Assembly: GCA_011109175.1 (NCBI GenBank)
Contig: RDEW01000019.1
Span: forward strand, 779,823 to 843,822
DNA length: 64,000 bases
Reading direction: 5' to 3'
Source of the DNA: Dicyema japonicum
Lineage: Eukaryota; Animalia; Dicyemida
Position 1 is the stretch's first letter. Every line of letters begins with the position of its first letter. Position numbers and translations under genes: made by a program. The notes beneath the pieces are model-generated. The model was not told where the DNA came from. It saw nothing but the letters and a program-made list of their open reading frames with translations, and did no database searches. This document shows, piece by piece, positions 61,270 through 64,000 of this stretch.

Positions 61270-61555
61270 ATTTATTAACCCCGGATACACCGAGAGAGAA
61301 GTTAACAAAACTAATTAAGTGTGTCCAGTTTCCACTATTACATAAACGGAATCCGTCACACAAGTCCACCAGAACCAGCATAAAGGGTAGAAGACGTCGT
61401 TTCCTTGTAATTGTGAGAACTCCTCCAGTGGAGTGCCACCTTAGCACTGGGCGTCACCTGAGACAAGTGGATCACATGACGCCACTCTATTAAAAGTGAA
61501 GAGGAGAAACAGAAGAAACAAACAGAAATCTTCAATCAAGTAGCCACATGAAACC
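61270..61555 (-). mobile_element. Family A copy with LINE-like tail
   Basis: Reverse complement aligns with 43905-44216, with an internal deletion of the AAAAAGGATC segment. Confidence 0.8.
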
Positions 61556-61759
61556 AAACGATATATATTCATAAAAAATTGAGATATTTTTAAGCGTCTT
61601 TATTGCCCTTCCTACACAATACGAAGTTGACTGACAGTTGGCAAACATAATCATCAATTGAATCATTTTCCATGTTCATGTCAACCGAAATGTCATTTTT
61701 TGACAATTTTGTTCAATATTTCCTTTTAAGTTTTTCGCCCCTTGCAACCTACATCAGAG

Positions 61760-62000
61760 TACCCCTGGAGCCTGCTCTCCCGCTGAGAAGGCCGAGAGAT
61801 CAAAATACACGGTCCTACCCGAGGATGTTTGTTTGTTCCGTTCGCAGTTAAAACGTCCAGTTCCTTTGGGTCTTTGACGCTAGAATTCATGAGTCGTCTA
61901 GGGAATCGGATTTCCAATGCACAGGAGATCTCCGTGAGCGCTGATGGCAATTCGAACGATCTCGCTCGACATACTTAGAGGGAATAATCACTCAGTCAGG
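61760..62000 (+). mobile_element. CRE 3' fragment
   Basis: AEKAERSKY..FVPFAVKTS..EFMSRLGNRIS..GDLRER. Confidence 0.7.
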
Positions 62001-62469
62001 GAGGACACTGTATGACACACTGTTGGTTGTTTTTTTAATAAATTGAGAGATTGCGCTTCCAATTGGAAAAATAATAGTGTGTGGCCTTAAGGTAACTCCC
62101 TCAATTTCAAATACAAAAAAGTCAGACAAACCTATTGATGGTTAATATGGTGAATGACCAATGCCAATAAAAAATATTTCCTCGAGATTTTTCTCATTAT
62201 TGGTAAATAAAGAAAATATTTTCCTGACTGTATTACGATGTTAAATAATTTGGCAAATAACACCCGCAGTTGGAGAAGAGCCGAGTTGTTTGAAGTCAAG
62301 AAGATACGTCTAGGATAGTTCAGAATACTCCCAACAAGACCGAAAACATGACCAGTCGATAACATCGGAGTCATCAATAATAATAAACGTCTTTTCAGTT
62401 TTGAATACGCTCTTCAATTTTTTGAGTTGCAACTGACTCAACAGCCATCCTACACAAGAACTCTGAAGG

Positions 62470-62690
62470 GATCAGGACGTTCAGACAGGCGTAAAATTTT
62501 ACAACAAGGCATATTCAATCAGCATAGATGGATGTTGGGCCTGAAGCACACTTTAATGCTATCCTAAGGATCATTGTAAGAGTCGATGAACGACCTTGAT
62601 AAACTACGGAAGCGTGTGAGAAGTTAGGTTTCATGGAGAAACTGGGAGAACGGATAGCAAAGAGTACGCCACAATCGGGACCCTAAGTAT
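62470..62690 (+). mobile_element. RTE-like 3' end fragment
   Basis: NDLDKLRK..VSWR parallels DDLDYLRELARNRGSW at ~46810. Confidence 0.4.
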
Positions 62691-62999
62691 TCATATGCTT
62701 ATGGGTAACACAAGAGTGGTTCTAACTAACTATTGTAAAATCACGTCATTTTTAATAATTGACCTTCGCTGAAAAGTCAGTATTTAGAAGTCTTCACCTC
62801 TTTCCCCGGAGAGAATCGTATTCCGGGATTTTTCTACGCTCACTAATCATATTAAGTGTAGAAAAGGTTTAGACATCGTATTGGAATGACCATCGGAAGT
62901 TCACCTTTCAGTTTTTATTGACAAATAACCAATTCCTTACTTGATGCTTTATTATTTTTTAATAACCCCTAAAATAGCTAAGACAGACTTTGTTCAATT

Positions 63000-63230
63000 C
63001 TCCCGTCGAAATGGGACGCACCCTTTCAAAGAATCACGTCCATTCATATCTGCATTGTGGAAACCCCTCCATTGAGTAGGGGAGAGAGGGATCCTTTTTA
63101 GATGACAGGGAGGCATTAGACGTCTCCTATGACATGTAGATCACCTCTTTTAAGCTGAAAAGGGAAAGTCCTCCGACCAAGTAGGTAACTGCGTAGTATT
63201 CGAACTCACATCACCACTACCACTACCTGA
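63000..63230 (-). mobile_element. Family A member with tRNA-like head
   Basis: GAGTTCGAATAC B-box, TACCTACTTGGTCGGAGG, GGAGACGTC, AAAAAGGATCC and CCCCTACTCAATGGAGGGGTTTCCACAA. Confidence 0.7.
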
Positions 63231-63699
63231 TCGTCTTTATTTTCCAACGTAGAATGAAACAGTGAATTGTAGGGTAGTACCAAACATAACAAAGTATCAA
63301 AAATTAGTTTACAGTAAATTATTATAAAATAAATAGTCAACCAAGTTTTTTGTTCATAATTTCCAGATCTCTTTGTTTAATGAAATATTTCACCTAAAAT
63401 AAAATGCAAGTTAAACCCACGACTTTGAACAATTTGATTTAAAATTATCAAATAATTTTTCACATTTATTTTTGTCTTCATTATTTTCCGTTAAACAAGT
63501 AAAGTAAGAGTCACGATGTTTCCAACAATTCTCCCGTGTTTCTTTACTACTCATTGATGGCCACGAGAAAATAAACGTTTTATATAATAATTTAAATTTT
63601 TTAATTTAATATAATTTTTATTTTAAGATTTCAGGATATCTGCAAGTCAAACTTTTCAGACCAGTTAGTTTGATCCACGATCAGCTGTGTACGGATGGA

Positions 63700-64000
63700 C
63701 GTGATACCTGGACTTCTATCTTGAGAACTGGACTGGTGACATCAAACCTAACCCGGGTCCTGATTCCACGCTGGTCATTCTCCAACTCAATATCAATGCA
63801 ATCCGTAATAAAGTGCTGGAGCTACGTTCCCTCTTAGCCCGCTTGAAAGTGGACATTGCCATTATTCAGGAGTCTAAACTCTCCAGGTCATCCGCCACCC
63901 CACGCTTCCCTGGCTACAATATACTCCGAAAGGACCGCACAAGAAGTCTCGGTGAAGGATTATTGACGTTTGTTAGGGAGGGTCTTTTGTTCACCCCGTT
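63700..64000 (+). mobile_element. 5' part of another 2A-APE LINE, running off the window
   Basis: GDIKPNPGP..ILQLNINAIRNK..IAIIQESKL..FPGYNILRKDR..GEGLL. Confidence 0.8.

Overview
AT-rich eukaryotic DNA, not prokaryotic. The host genes are split by very short GT-AG introns (mostly 20-31 nt), so the ORF track shows them only as fragments or misses them. Host genes I can reconstruct: ISWI/SMARCA5-type remodeller, MOB1, 6-phosphogluconolactonase, a CEP290-like ciliary protein, a PHTF-like multipass protein, an EBP-type sterol isomerase (2 copies) and a C-type-lectin membrane protein (2 copies). This gene set plus micro-introns suggests a genome-compacted, ciliated metazoan; a dicyemid-like organism is my inference and is not proven. 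About 11 kb (1-12531) is duplicated at 17639-28659, with ISWI between the copies. The rest is dense with retroelements: a TSD-bounded ~2.9-kb APE-RT LINE carrying a virus-like 2A motif, a TSD-bounded ~3.6-kb RLE-type (R4/Dong-like) element, many CRE and RTE fragments, hAT remnants and at least two SINE-like families. The strongest 'system' signal is a LINE-parasite module. A non-autonomous element carries the 2A-LINE's 5' and 3' termini around a core it shares with tRNA-headed SINEs; one copy has a twin-priming inversion and another is nested in a second SINE, each with a visible TSD. Many TE-remnant boundaries are approximate (tens of bp), and family assignments come from motif recognition, not database searches.
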